Below, one piece after another: positions 27,024 to 36,857 of a DNA stretch of 54,253 nt. How positions within the stretch are numbered: position 1 is the stretch's first letter; each line of letters starts with the position of its first letter. Position numbers and translations under genes: made by a program. The DNA comes from a virus (Duplodnaviria > Caudoviricetes). Under the pieces are notes generated by a model. It ran no database searches. It saw only the letters and a program-made list of their open reading frames with translations, and was not told the DNA's origin. The stretch lies in IMG/VR virus record IMGVR_UViG_3300025018_000183, positions 1 to 54,253 of that record; one strand, 5' to 3'.

Positions 27024-27650
27024 ATGAACAATTTAATATCAACAAGAAAGTGCGGGGTTGAGGGTGTTGATGAATTATGGTGGGTAACTGCTGATCGCGG
27101 CGCCTTTGGCAGTATGACTAATGGCCCGCTTGGTGATTGGATATCCGATCATAAACATTTCATGAGCGATGTTAAAAATTTCGATACGGTCATACAAGCT
27201 GGTGGTAATTGCGGTATGTATGCGCGCTTCTATAGTAATTACTTTAAGAATGTATATACATTTGAACCATGTGAAATAAACTTTACGTGTTTAGATCGTA
27301 ATTGTGTTGGCGATTCGTATCATAAGTATCATGGGGCCTTGGGTGATCGTATTGATAAAATGTCGTTAAAATTACATAAGTCATCGAATGTCGGTATGCA
27401 TAAGATAGATGAAACTCCTGGTGAAATTCAAATGTATCGAATTGATGATTTGAAGCTATCATCGTGCGATCTTATACATCTTGATGTCGAAGGATATGAG
27501 GATCGCGTATTGAATGGTGCGATGAGAACAATCAATGCATTTAAACCAGTCGTAATCGTTGAGCGCGGCAACGGTTCTTCAATATTAACTAACATCGGCT
27601 ATACGCTCCTACACAAATTAAAGATGGATCATGTGTACACCATAAACTAA
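27024..27650 (+). CDS. FkbM-family SAM methyltransferase
   Basis: QAGGNCG, FEP, LDVEGYE, KPVVIVE. Confidence 0.85.
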   Translation: MNNLISTRKCGVEGVDELWWVTADRGAFGSMTNGPLGDWISDHKHFMSDVKNFDTVIQAGGNCGMYARFYSNYFKNVYTFEPCEINFTCLDRNCVGDSYHKYHGALGDRIDKMSLKLHKSSNVGMHKIDETPGEIQMYRIDDLKLSSCDLIHLDVEGYEDRVLNGAMRTINAFKPVVIVERGNGSSILTNIGYTLLHKLKMDHVYTIN

Positions 27651-27717
27651 AGTCATTAATAAATAAATCATAACAATAACACAGTTAGGCTTCGGTAAAC
27701 CTGTATAGGAAGTGACA

Positions 27718-29040
27718 ATGAGAACCGCAGTAGTTTCATTTGGTCGGATGAATCCACCGACCGTCGGGCATGCTAAATTAGTCGATAAACTAATATCGAT
27801 CGCCAAGAAAGAGCATGGCGACCCTTTGTTATACGCGTCACATTCGCATGATAAGAAAAAGAACCCATTACAATATACAGACAAGATTCGGTATCTTAAA
27901 ATGGCGTTTGGTCGAGCTGTGCAAAATTCAAAAGCAAGAAACTTAATCGAAGTTTTAAAGGAAATTGAATCGAAATATGATAACGTTATCGTCGTTGTTG
28001 GTTCTGATCGCGTGAATGAATTCGATTCATTGTTAAATCGATATAACGGAAGAGAATATACATACGATTCGATAAAGACCGTGTCAGCTGGTGATCGCGA
28101 TCCTGATGCAGAAGGCATATCCGGAATGAGCGCATCGAAGATGAGAGCGGCTGCGGTTAATAATGATGTCGATTCGTTTCGTAATGGGCTGCCTATTAAG
28201 TTGCAAAGCAGAGCAAATGAAATAATTAAAATACTTCGTAAGAATATGGGTATTAACGAAGAACATGATTTAGATATGGCGATGTCGATTAGTGATCAAT
28301 TTAACTCACTGAAAAAGCTACCTATGATTGAATTGTATAAAATCTATACACAGTATCATTATGGATTAGACGCGAAAGGTCTGTCGAAAAGTAATATGAT
28401 ATATGATATTCTTCGAGCAATGCACGGTAATAAAAAGGTTGCTCCTGAATTAAATGAAGCGCTCAATATTCAACAGCGCATGAAGCGAAAGCAAATCATG
28501 AGACGGCTGAAGAATCGCATAATGCGTGGGCGTAAAATCGCGATGAGGCGAAAGGCAAACCCAGAGAAGTTACGCAAGCGCGCACAAAAGCAAGCTCGTA
28601 ACCTAATTCGCAAGCGTATTGTTCGTGGTAAAGAATATTCTGATTTGACGTTTGGGCAAAAACAGAATATTGATAAAAGACTCGTCTCCAAGAAAGCAAT
28701 TATTGCACGTTTAGCGAAACGATTTATTCCAAAGGTTCGATCAAAAGAAGCCGAACGAATGCGCAAAAGACGCGAAAACAAGGAATCGTTTGATTTGATA
28801 AATCAAATCGATCATGTAATGAATTTGGTTGAACGTGTAATGATAACACGTAAAATTCAGCGCAATCTTCTTAAGAAGAGCGTGAAGTATGGCGTCGCAT
28901 TTAATGACCTCAAAGAAACTTATATTGCGCTAAAGAATGTATCCAATTTGAGTGAAGAAGAAATATTCGCAAAGCTAAATAGTGATCTATGTAAAATCGA
29001 AAAGAAACATTATAGAAATGCAAAGAATATTGAAGCGTGA
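27718..29040 (+). CDS. cytidyltransferase-like (HxGH) protein with Arg/Lys-rich C-terminus
   Basis: FGRMNPPTVGH, VGSDRV, MSASKMR. Confidence 0.85.
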   Translation: MRTAVVSFGRMNPPTVGHAKLVDKLISIAKKEHGDPLLYASHSHDKKKNPLQYTDKIRYLKMAFGRAVQNSKARNLIEVLKEIESKYDNVIVVVGSDRVNEFDSLLNRYNGREYTYDSIKTVSAGDRDPDAEGISGMSASKMRAAAVNNDVDSFRNGLPIKLQSRANEIIKILRKNMGINEEHDLDMAMSISDQFNSLKKLPMIELYKIYTQYHYGLDAKGLSKSNMIYDILRAMHGNKKVAPELNEALNIQQRMKRKQIMRRLKNRIMRGRKIAMRRKANPEKLRKRAQKQARNLIRKRIVRGKEYSDLTFGQKQNIDKRLVSKKAIIARLAKRFIPKVRSKEAERMRKRRENKESFDLINQIDHVMNLVERVMITRKIQRNLLKKSVKYGVAFNDLKETYIALKNVSNLSEEEIFAKLNSDLCKIEKKHYRNAKNIEA

Positions 29041-29266
29041 TGTAATTGGCGATCTAAAGAATGTCGTCAAAGATAAGCAAGCAACTAAAATAAAGTTTGA
29101 TGATGGTCAATATATGGTCGACGTATCAACGGCATCACTTGTATTGTGCGCACTAGATTCAATAAGTAACAAAAGGAACAAAACAAAATTCAGCGAACTC
29201 ATTTCTACATATCGTGGAATGATGTTAATTATTTCATTGGTTAAAATTAATAGGAATCGATTATGA
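29018..29266 (+). CDS. hypothetical late protein
   Basis: ORF overlapping both neighbours in the operon. Confidence 0.65.
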   Translation: MQRILKRDVIGDLKNVVKDKQATKIKFDDGQYMVDVSTASLVLCALDSISNKRNKTKFSELISTYRGMMLIISLVKINRNRL

Positions 29267-30285
29267 AAAATATTAAAAGTATGTTGCGTGAAATGGAAGA
29301 ATATTCTTCATCATTGGACGATGAATACGCGGAGCACGCACTAACACAATTACATTATGTTATTTATGCAGTTGATGAAATCATCGGTTGCCTTGAGGAT
29401 GCATGTATGGTTTTACCACCTTGGTACATTAATCGTATATCAAAGATTCATAGCGACATTGAATGCCTTCATTCGTATCTTGAAGGAAAGAAGAGAAAGA
29501 CTTTTAGTAGTATGGGTGTTGGTAGTATTGGTGTTGCATATGAGGAATCGGTGAACGAAGCAAAGCTCGACCATAATAAGCCTATCATTGTAACGGGTGA
29601 TGACCCGAAAGGCAAAAAGTTTACCAAGAAATTTAAGAATATGAAGAACGCTGAGAAGTGGATCGATTCGGATGATGCAGATGATCATAAGATTCGTAGT
29701 ATCATAAACGAAGATACAATCGCCGAACGTAAAGATGATCCAGCTGACAAAGACGACGACGCAAGTGACGACGATCGTCTCGCCGCAGATAAAAACATCA
29801 TTATGCAACTAAGACGCGTTGCGGATTTACCAAGAGGTGGAACAGTAACGTTCAAGGATAATCGATCCGCTACAATTAAACAAGCAGACGCTAAGAAAGC
29901 ACTTAGAGGATTTGATAAGTTAGTTAAAGGCACTGATAAAGAACGTTACCAGAAATTAGCAAATAAAAGCTATAACGATCTTAAAAAGATTCTTAGTGTA
30001 ATTCGAGAAGAGGATGAAACTAACGAAACAAAATCATATGTTGTATCTGTCACGGTATCAAAAACAGATCATAATCCAGGATCGTCACCAGTGGAGAAAA
30101 TGAATAAAAAAATCCGCGTGACGAATACGAAAGACGAAAATGACGCGTTAGCCAAAGCAAAGAAGTATTATATGAAAGCTGGATATGATGTACATGATTA
30201 TGAATTAGTTCGCGAATCGAGCCAAGATGCTGATATAAATGTGATTAAAGAAGCAATCAAAAAGAAGTTTAACAAATCATCATAA
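29263..30285 (+). CDS. putative head/internal protein
   Basis: charged 340-aa protein with many (I/L/V)xE protease-like sites. Confidence 0.65.
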   Translation: MKNIKSMLREMEEYSSSLDDEYAEHALTQLHYVIYAVDEIIGCLEDACMVLPPWYINRISKIHSDIECLHSYLEGKKRKTFSSMGVGSIGVAYEESVNEAKLDHNKPIIVTGDDPKGKKFTKKFKNMKNAEKWIDSDDADDHKIRSIINEDTIAERKDDPADKDDDASDDDRLAADKNIIMQLRRVADLPRGGTVTFKDNRSATIKQADAKKALRGFDKLVKGTDKERYQKLANKSYNDLKKILSVIREEDETNETKSYVVSVTVSKTDHNPGSSPVEKMNKKIRVTNTKDENDALAKAKKYYMKAGYDVHDYELVRESSQDADINVIKEAIKKKFNKSS

Positions 30286-30320
30286 TAAATAAATGTATAT
30301 GTCAATAAAGGAATCAAGTG

Positions 30321-30785
30321 ATGCCACTATGGGAAAATAAAAATAGGTCGAGCGACACCCCGAAATTTACAACGGATGCATCTTCTGGGAAAACTGGCAC
30401 TGGCGAATATTATGACGAAGTCTTTGGGTTCGATGCCAAGCCAATTCAGCAACCGCGGCGGGTAAAAGTGGAACCGGCTGGATTCGTACTCAACATGTCA
30501 ACGGATGCATCTTCTGGGAAAACTGGCACTGGCGAATATTATGACGAAGTCTTTGGGTTCGATGCCAAGCCAATTCAGCAACCGCGGCGGGTAAAAGTGG
30601 AACCGGCTGGATTCGTACTCAACATGTCAACGGATGCATCTTCTGGGAAAACTGGCACTGGCGAATATTATGACGAAGTCTTTGGGTTCGATGCCAAGCC
30701 AATTCAGCAACCGCGGCGGGTAAAAGTGGAACCGGCTGGATTCGTACTCAACATGTCAACGGTCGTACACGCGAAGAAGTGTTAG
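30321..30785 (+). CDS. N-terminal anchor domain of a virion protein, triplicated and out of frame with the downstream LRR ORF
   Basis: MPLWENK...PKF...VFGFD is homologous to 33257-33598; AAGGA RBS. Confidence 0.6.
   Translation: MPLWENKNRSSDTPKFTTDASSGKTGTGEYYDEVFGFDAKPIQQPRRVKVEPAGFVLNMSTDASSGKTGTGEYYDEVFGFDAKPIQQPRRVKVEPAGFVLNMSTDASSGKTGTGEYYDEVFGFDAKPIQQPRRVKVEPAGFVLNMSTVVHAKKC
30370..30762 (+). repeat. 3 x 129-nt perfect tandem repeat
   Basis: units start at 30370, 30499, 30628; bounded by CAACGG microhomology. Confidence 0.95.
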
Positions 30786-33226
30786 TTGCGATGAGCCATC
30801 GTGGAATACAAAATACCGCTGGTGATAACGATTTGCTGGACACAATTAAATCGCAAATGATTAGTAATAATACTGTTTATGCAGTATTTGATATCGCAGT
30901 TAGTAATAGTTTATTTTCGGACAGTGCCGGGACAACAGCAGCAGTCCCAGGATCAAATGTAGCACTGATAACGACCAGCATCAGCGACATAACGATGACA
31001 ACCCCATTCGGCGCCCCGCCGAAATTATCTGCTAATGGCGAATACCTAATCTTTGAACCAAACAATTCGTTATTCGTTAATACCTCAGCATTCCCATACG
31101 ATCCAGATCCAACTATTGCGACACTCTTTATCGTAAATGAAAATGCTGTAACTGATTTTCAATATATCTTCAGTGCTGGGTGGCGTGAAAGCTTACTGAG
31201 TTTACCAAAATTCATATACAATCATCCAATTAAAGCGATTGTTATTACGAATGTAAGTAATACTGAATCGATCGCAGCAATTAAAGATGATTTAACATCA
31301 TACTATAACACAACACAGCAACTATTTAATGATAACTCAAATACGACTTCTTTATCTGAAGAATTTGCTTGGCGAAACCAGATCGTGTCTGCGAATGTAT
31401 CGAACTGGGATGTGTCAGATATAACCGACATATCGTATTTCATTGCTGGTTGTACGTCTTTAGTTAATCTCGATGTATCTCGCTGGAATACATCATCTGT
31501 AGTGAATGCACACGGATTCGTTACGGAATGTCGCGAATTAGAAAACATTGACGTATCTAATTGGGATACGTCGAAAATTACGAATTTTGGATTTATGTTT
31601 GGTCGCTGTGAATCGTTAAGTAATATTAATGTGTCGAAATGGGATGTTTCGAGCGGGCGGGTATTTTCATCTTTTGCATTCGACAATTATGCAAATTTGA
31701 AGAAATTGGACGTATCAAGATGGAATACATCAAACGCAACTGATATGTCGTGGTTTGTTGGTAATTGTGATGAGCTTGAAGAACTTGATGTTTCAAATTT
31801 TAATGTAAGTAACGTCACCGATTTAAGTGGTTTTGCTAGAAACTGTAGAAAACTTAATGAACTTAACGTATCAAATTGGGACACATCAAAGGTGGCGAAT
31901 TTAGCTCTTTTTGCTGCTAACTGCGAAAGTCTTGCTTCAATCGACGTTTCAAATTGGGAAACTGGTAATGTCACAAATATGACGGACACATTTAGCAACT
32001 GTAAATTGATAAAATCGATCGACATAAGCTCATGGAATACTTCAAAAGTTGAACTTTTCTCGAATATGTTTAATGGGTGCGAATCGTTAATAGAGTTAGA
32101 TGTAAGGTCGTTTAGCATCAGTAACACAACGGATGTTCTTGCGTTCAGCGGATGTAGTTCTCTGGAGAACATTATCGGTATATCTTCATGGGACATATCG
32201 AATAAAACTAGTATAGTTAATTTATTCAATGGATGCAGTTCATTTGGAGATTTTAATTCGGTTGCAAATTGGGATACTAGCAACATCGTTATATCAACAT
32301 TCGCATTTAATAAATGTTCACAATTAGCAAATGTCGATATGTTAAGTTCATGGAATATGTCGAATAATACAAATATGTTCAATATGTTCAGCTCCTGTGA
32401 CAATCTAATAAACGTTAACGGACTCAGTACATGGAATGTGAGCAAAGTAACTAATATGACAGGTATGTTTAATTCATGCGCATCACTAATTAATATATCT
32501 GGTTTGGAGACATGGGATACATCAAATACTACTTCGGTTATTGTAATGTTTCAAAAATGCACGTCTCTAACTAATGTTAATGCATTAGCGTTATGGGACA
32601 TGACGAAATGTTCACAACTGACAAATATGTTCGCTGAGTGTTCTTCATTAGTTAATCTAAGTGGCATTTCAACGTGGAACATTGCAAACGCTACTACATT
32701 GCAAGGTACATTTAGTGAGTGTTCGTCGTTAACTGATTTAAATGATTTGTCGAGTTGGGATACGTCTAAAGTTAGTAGTATGAATAATCTGTTTTTTGGT
32801 TGCACTGGATTAACTGATATGACTGGTGTTACTGGGTGGAATACCGCAAATACAACCAGCGTGTCGAGTATGTTCAGAGAATGTACATCACTAACAACAC
32901 TCAATATATCTAATTGGAATACAAGTAAACTTATACAGGCTAAGGATTTTGCGCGTGATTCTAGTTCGCTAACTAATGTAATATTATCAGGTGGTACTGG
33001 TAATCCACTATCTGTATGTCCTAGCCGATTCTATAATGATGCCTTTACAAATACTAACTTATCACAGCAGTCAATTGATGATATTTTGGTCGCAATCAAT
33101 GCCGCAAATACATCAAATGGTACATTTAATCAGTCAGGCGGCTCTGCACCGAGTGTAACAGGTGAAGCTGCGATCGATGCTTTAAGAGGGCGTGGTTGGA
33201 CGATCACTGTTACTGGTGGTTACTAA
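30779..33226 (+). CDS. DUF285/BspA-like leucine-rich-repeat protein
   Basis: about 20 repeats of W(D/N)TS(K/N)VxxMxxMFxxCxSLxxL. Confidence 0.85.
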   Translation: MLVAMSHRGIQNTAGDNDLLDTIKSQMISNNTVYAVFDIAVSNSLFSDSAGTTAAVPGSNVALITTSISDITMTTPFGAPPKLSANGEYLIFEPNNSLFVNTSAFPYDPDPTIATLFIVNENAVTDFQYIFSAGWRESLLSLPKFIYNHPIKAIVITNVSNTESIAAIKDDLTSYYNTTQQLFNDNSNTTSLSEEFAWRNQIVSANVSNWDVSDITDISYFIAGCTSLVNLDVSRWNTSSVVNAHGFVTECRELENIDVSNWDTSKITNFGFMFGRCESLSNINVSKWDVSSGRVFSSFAFDNYANLKKLDVSRWNTSNATDMSWFVGNCDELEELDVSNFNVSNVTDLSGFARNCRKLNELNVSNWDTSKVANLALFAANCESLASIDVSNWETGNVTNMTDTFSNCKLIKSIDISSWNTSKVELFSNMFNGCESLIELDVRSFSISNTTDVLAFSGCSSLENIIGISSWDISNKTSIVNLFNGCSSFGDFNSVANWDTSNIVISTFAFNKCSQLANVDMLSSWNMSNNTNMFNMFSSCDNLINVNGLSTWNVSKVTNMTGMFNSCASLINISGLETWDTSNTTSVIVMFQKCTSLTNVNALALWDMTKCSQLTNMFAECSSLVNLSGISTWNIANATTLQGTFSECSSLTDLNDLSSWDTSKVSSMNNLFFGCTGLTDMTGVTGWNTANTTSVSSMFRECTSLTTLNISNWNTSKLIQAKDFARDSSSLTNVILSGGTGNPLSVCPSRFYNDAFTNTNLSQQSIDDILVAINAANTSNGTFNQSGGSAPSVTGEAAIDALRGRGWTITVTGGY

Positions 33227-33256
33227 ATAAACGATTAAGAAAGGAGTAATACGATA

Positions 33257-33598
33257 ATGGCACTATGGGAAGATAAAGACCAACATTCAGGGGCACCGAA
33301 GTTCGTTGTCGATTCAGAAACTGGTAACACCGGACAAGCTCGTTTTGGTAATACAGTTTTCGGGGTTGATTCGCAGGAAGCAGTTGTATCAGATGCGCCG
33401 GGTGTTGGTTGGATTAAACGAACTGTTGGTATTGGTGAACATGCTGGTCGCGTTCGCGAAGAAGTATTAGTTGCAATGAGTAAGAATGCATTTAAGAATG
33501 TGGCTGGTCAATTCGAAGATGCGACGGATTTTGCAAATACTGACGCAACAGCAAATACGACTGGTGGTGCTGACGACACAATTTATCCTGACGTATAA
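33257..33598 (+). CDS. small virion structural protein
   Basis: MALW...GW...GRVREEVLVAMS; AAGGAG RBS. Confidence 0.75.
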   Translation: MALWEDKDQHSGAPKFVVDSETGNTGQARFGNTVFGVDSQEAVVSDAPGVGWIKRTVGIGEHAGRVREEVLVAMSKNAFKNVAGQFEDATDFANTDATANTTGGADDTIYPDV

Positions 33599-33606
33599 TT
33601 CATAAT

Positions 33607-33990
33607 ATGAAGAAATTAGATGATTCGAATTTTACATTATATGCAGCATCAAATTACATTCAAGATATATATGATGCCGATGAATTTTATGATGATTTGA
33701 GCCGTTTCAAATACATCAAAAAATTAATGTATAGATATTATGAAAACGACGATTTAAAGGAAAGATTGATTCTGAATCATTTAATTACGCTATATAATGT
33801 GTTTAAGCACGAAGCGAATACGCGTATGTTGTTCTATCGTGTAGATAAAAAGCACTGGCATATACTCAAAACCTTTCTAGTTTTTCTTGAGTATATGCCG
33901 GATTACATATATGATAAAGATAATCGTCTTATATCGTCGAATGATATAATGATCGATATTAATGTAGCGCAAGCACTGCGTCGAATATAA
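33607..33990 (+). CDS. conserved T4-like hypothetical protein
   Basis: EFYDDLSRFKYIKK, LKERLILNH. Confidence 0.8.
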   Translation: MKKLDDSNFTLYAASNYIQDIYDADEFYDDLSRFKYIKKLMYRYYENDDLKERLILNHLITLYNVFKHEANTRMLFYRVDKKHWHILKTFLVFLEYMPDYIYDKDNRLISSNDIMIDINVAQALRRI

Positions 33991-34000
33991 GGAAAGTATA

Positions 34001-34504
34001 ATGTCAGGTGTAATGGATCTATATCTCATATATGAGTTTCTACGAAGACTCGTTAAACCGTTTAATCGCTGGAGTGCATATAAGACTGGCGTAATTGATG
34101 CGAACGGTAATGTACTAGTACAAGTAAAAGATCGCACAAAAGAACAGAAACGATCATGGGGTTATTATGATCGGCTAATCGCGAACTTAAAAAAACTCAT
34201 TGGTAAAATACCAGGCGGTAAGACGAGAATCGCGTCATTCGCTGCAGCATTGTTGCTATTAAAAGAGCATCAAATCGATCCTGACGACATCGTGTTAATT
34301 GAAGAAAGATTAAATCATTACATCAACGAAGCAATAATTTTAAGCGAAGAGACACCAACAAACAACGGCGGGAGTGGTCATATAGCAAGTATAGGCGTTG
34401 GCTCAGATGGGGAACCACCAGGGAATCTTGCGATTTTGAAAAGAAAAGAAATCGAAAAGAAGAAGAAAGAGATTATTGATCAACTAAAGAGAATTCATAA
34501 ATGA
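34001..34504 (+). CDS. conserved T4-like hypothetical protein
   Basis: LVKPF..W.AYK.GVID.NG. Confidence 0.8.
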   Translation: MSGVMDLYLIYEFLRRLVKPFNRWSAYKTGVIDANGNVLVQVKDRTKEQKRSWGYYDRLIANLKKLIGKIPGGKTRIASFAAALLLLKEHQIDPDDIVLIEERLNHYINEAIILSEETPTNNGGSGHIASIGVGSDGEPPGNLAILKRKEIEKKKKEIIDQLKRIHK

Positions 34505-34902
34505 TATTTTTTGCAAAGCTCAAGATGTGGTTTGCGAAGAACGCGCTAATCGCTATCTTATTGGGAACGTTCATCGGTGGGGCTTATTTTAGCATACAGC
34601 ATACAAGAAATAAGATCGAGCGTTATGAAGAAACGATCTCTCAACAAGAAACTTCGTTATCGATGTTAAATGGCAGAATTGAGAGTTTAATACGAACAAG
34701 AAATGTGATCGAAATGGAATCACGTTTGCTTGAACAAAGAACGCGATTAGCCGAAGAATATCGTGATGAATTAATAGAAAAATTACAGAGACATGACTTA
34801 ACGAAACTAAGTTTACAGAAACCAGGATTAATCGAGAACAGAATCAATGAAGCAACTAAAAAAGTATTTGATGATATCGAGTCTATTACTCGTAGCGAGT
34901 AA
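34501..34902 (+). CDS. putative i-spanin
   Basis: N-terminal TM plus coiled coil; overlaps a lipoprotein gene. Confidence 0.6.
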   Translation: MIFFAKLKMWFAKNALIAILLGTFIGGAYFSIQHTRNKIERYEETISQQETSLSMLNGRIESLIRTRNVIEMESRLLEQRTRLAEEYRDELIEKLQRHDLTKLSLQKPGLIENRINEATKKVFDDIESITRSE

Positions 34903-35218
34903 TCTAATTGGCTGCGGTTTCATACAGGAAAAGGAGCCGCGAACGATTTATGTTACACATGAAATACCATTACGCGAACGCGTAAAACCTGTCACTTTAT
35001 ATGATGTTAAGTTTCATGTTGTTACTGAACAAAACATCAACGAATTTATTGCAGAATTCGAATCGATGAATGGTAATGTTGTTTTTGTTGCGGCATCAAT
35101 ACCTGACTATGAAAATCTCGCTTTGAATATAGCCGAGATTAAACGATACATTGAACAGCAAAAGAACGTGATCATATATTATGAAAATGTCATTAGTCAA
35201 AACAAACAAAGGGAATAA
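34847..35218 (+). CDS. putative o-spanin lipoprotein
   Basis: lipobox LIGC; overlaps 3' end of upstream gene. Confidence 0.6.
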   Translation: MKQLKKYLMISSLLLVASNLIGCGFIQEKEPRTIYVTHEIPLRERVKPVTLYDVKFHVVTEQNINEFIAEFESMNGNVVFVAASIPDYENLALNIAEIKRYIEQQKNVIIYYENVISQNKQRE

Positions 35219-35219
35219 T

Positions 35220-35534
35220 ATGCCGATCAACGATAATGGATTCAGTGTTCGCTTAACTAGAATCGAAGAAAAAATAGATAAGCTCTCTGATGTGCTGATA
35301 TCACTTGCACGCCTCGAAGAAAAGTTACTGTCATCTGAACTTAATACTACAGTGGCGTATCAAAGAATTGAGAGACAGGTTGAACGTATTGATCAACTCG
35401 CCACGAGAGTTACGCGAGTCGAGAGTTCAGTTGGTGACACAAAAAAGTTGATATACATATTGTTTACTGCTTTAGCGACAAGCTTCGCAAGTCAAGCAAT
35501 TATACTATATATTATTCAGCAAACTTTTAACTAA
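35220..35534 (+). CDS. coiled-coil protein with C-terminal TM (XhlA/holin-like)
   Basis: RLTRIEEKIDKL, hydrophobic C-terminus, next to spanin-like genes. Confidence 0.55.
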   Translation: MPINDNGFSVRLTRIEEKIDKLSDVLISLARLEEKLLSSELNTTVAYQRIERQVERIDQLATRVTRVESSVGDTKKLIYILFTALATSFASQAIILYIIQQTFN

Positions 35535-35539
35535 AACCA

Positions 35540-35568
35540 TTGACATATATAACTAATCGAGATATAAT
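35540..35568 (+). promoter_or_regulatory. sigma70 promoter of primase block
   Basis: TTGACA-17nt-TATAAT. Confidence 0.8.
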
Positions 35569-35601
35569 GGTACTGAGGCAATCATAATGGATAATTGAAT
35601 A

Positions 35602-36615
35602 ATGCAATGGATTGAACAAAAGTATATTGGCCTGATTTCATCGAGATTAGGCCTTTTTAAACATACACAGAATAATGTTTACAATTTTCGTTGTCCATAT
35701 TGTGGCGATTCAGCAAAAAACAAAACTAAGACTAGAGGGTATCTATATCCAAGAAGTGGTGCATATCAATATCATTGTCATAATTGTGGTATTACTACGA
35801 ATATAGATCGATTTATCGAGCATGTTGATTCGAATTTGTATAATGACTATGTACGTGAAAAGATCGAAAATAAATTCACGTCAGGAAACGCGCGCGTATT
35901 GACAGACGTTGAGGTATTTGCTAATAAAATGAAGAAACCAGTTTTTATGAATTCAAAGGCATTAAATCGATTGCCGAAGATATCTTCACTCGAACCTACA
36001 CACCCAGCGGTTCAATATGTAAAATCACGGATGATACCGAATAAATATCATTACAAGATATTCTATGTATCGAAATTCAAGAAATATGTAAACAGCTTAA
36101 TATCAGAAAAGTACAATGATATTACGCACGATGAATCGCGTATAATTATACCATTCCTCGATGAAGATAAAGCCGTCTTTGGTTTTCAGGGGCGATCTTT
36201 AGGTGACTCTTCATTGCGATATGTTACAATTATGCTTGATGCAAATCGATCGAAGGTGTTTGGTTTGGATACTTGTGAGCGTGAGCGAGAGCATTATATA
36301 TTAGAAGGCCCAATTGATTCAATGTTCGTGTCAAACGCAATTGCTATGGCGGGTAATACGATCGATTGGTCACTAGTAAATAAGAATTCTGTTTTCGTTT
36401 ACGATAATGAACCACGCAATCGCGATATATGTAACAAGATCGAACAGGCCATTCTAAAAGGACATTCAGTTGTCATATTTCCAAATTCCATTCGCTCAAA
36501 GGACATTAATGATATGGTATTGCATGAACGTGTAAATGTTGATACAATATTGAAAAATAACACATATAATGGATTACAAGCAAACTTAGTTTTTAATAAT
36601 TGGAGAAGAGTATGA
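35602..36615 (+). CDS. 61: DNA primase gp61
   Basis: FRCPYCGDS...CHNC zinc finger, EGPIDS, YDNEPRN, KDINDM. Confidence 0.95.
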   Translation: MQWIEQKYIGLISSRLGLFKHTQNNVYNFRCPYCGDSAKNKTKTRGYLYPRSGAYQYHCHNCGITTNIDRFIEHVDSNLYNDYVREKIENKFTSGNARVLTDVEVFANKMKKPVFMNSKALNRLPKISSLEPTHPAVQYVKSRMIPNKYHYKIFYVSKFKKYVNSLISEKYNDITHDESRIIIPFLDEDKAVFGFQGRSLGDSSLRYVTIMLDANRSKVFGLDTCEREREHYILEGPIDSMFVSNAIAMAGNTIDWSLVNKNSVFVYDNEPRNRDICNKIEQAILKGHSVVIFPNSIRSKDINDMVLHERVNVDTILKNNTYNGLQANLVFNNWRRV

Positions 36616-36857
36616 GTATATTTTTATCAGAGTTCATCGGTGATCAACAGCGCAGCGCAAAAGTCTTTTACGATGAAGAGACGAAATCTTACATTGGCGA
36701 GTTTTATGTTGATCATGATTTAGTTTACGCTGTTCTCACTAAGTCATCCGACATTAAACATGCCGAACGTCTCGCGATAGAATTCGTACAATCACGTACA
36801 TATCAAGCAGCTAGCCCATCGAAACAATACTTAACAGAAGACGGAGTAATTGAATAA
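36612..36857 (+). CDS. hypothetical protein
   Basis: coupled between primase and RNR. Confidence 0.65.
   Translation: MSIFLSEFIGDQQRSAKVFYDEETKSYIGEFYVDHDLVYAVLTKSSDIKHAERLAIEFVQSRTYQAASPSKQYLTEDGVIE

Noticed and set aside
30370-30762. 129-nt repeats as a CRISPR array
   Set aside because: Units are contiguous and identical with no spacers.
31303-32904. Long minus-strand ORFs within the LRR gene, and similar antisense ORFs such as 10364-10978
   Set aside because: They are antisense shadows of well-supported plus-strand genes.
30779-33226. LRR gene as a diversity-generating retroelement target
   Set aside because: No reverse transcriptase and no template/variable repeat pair is seen in the window.
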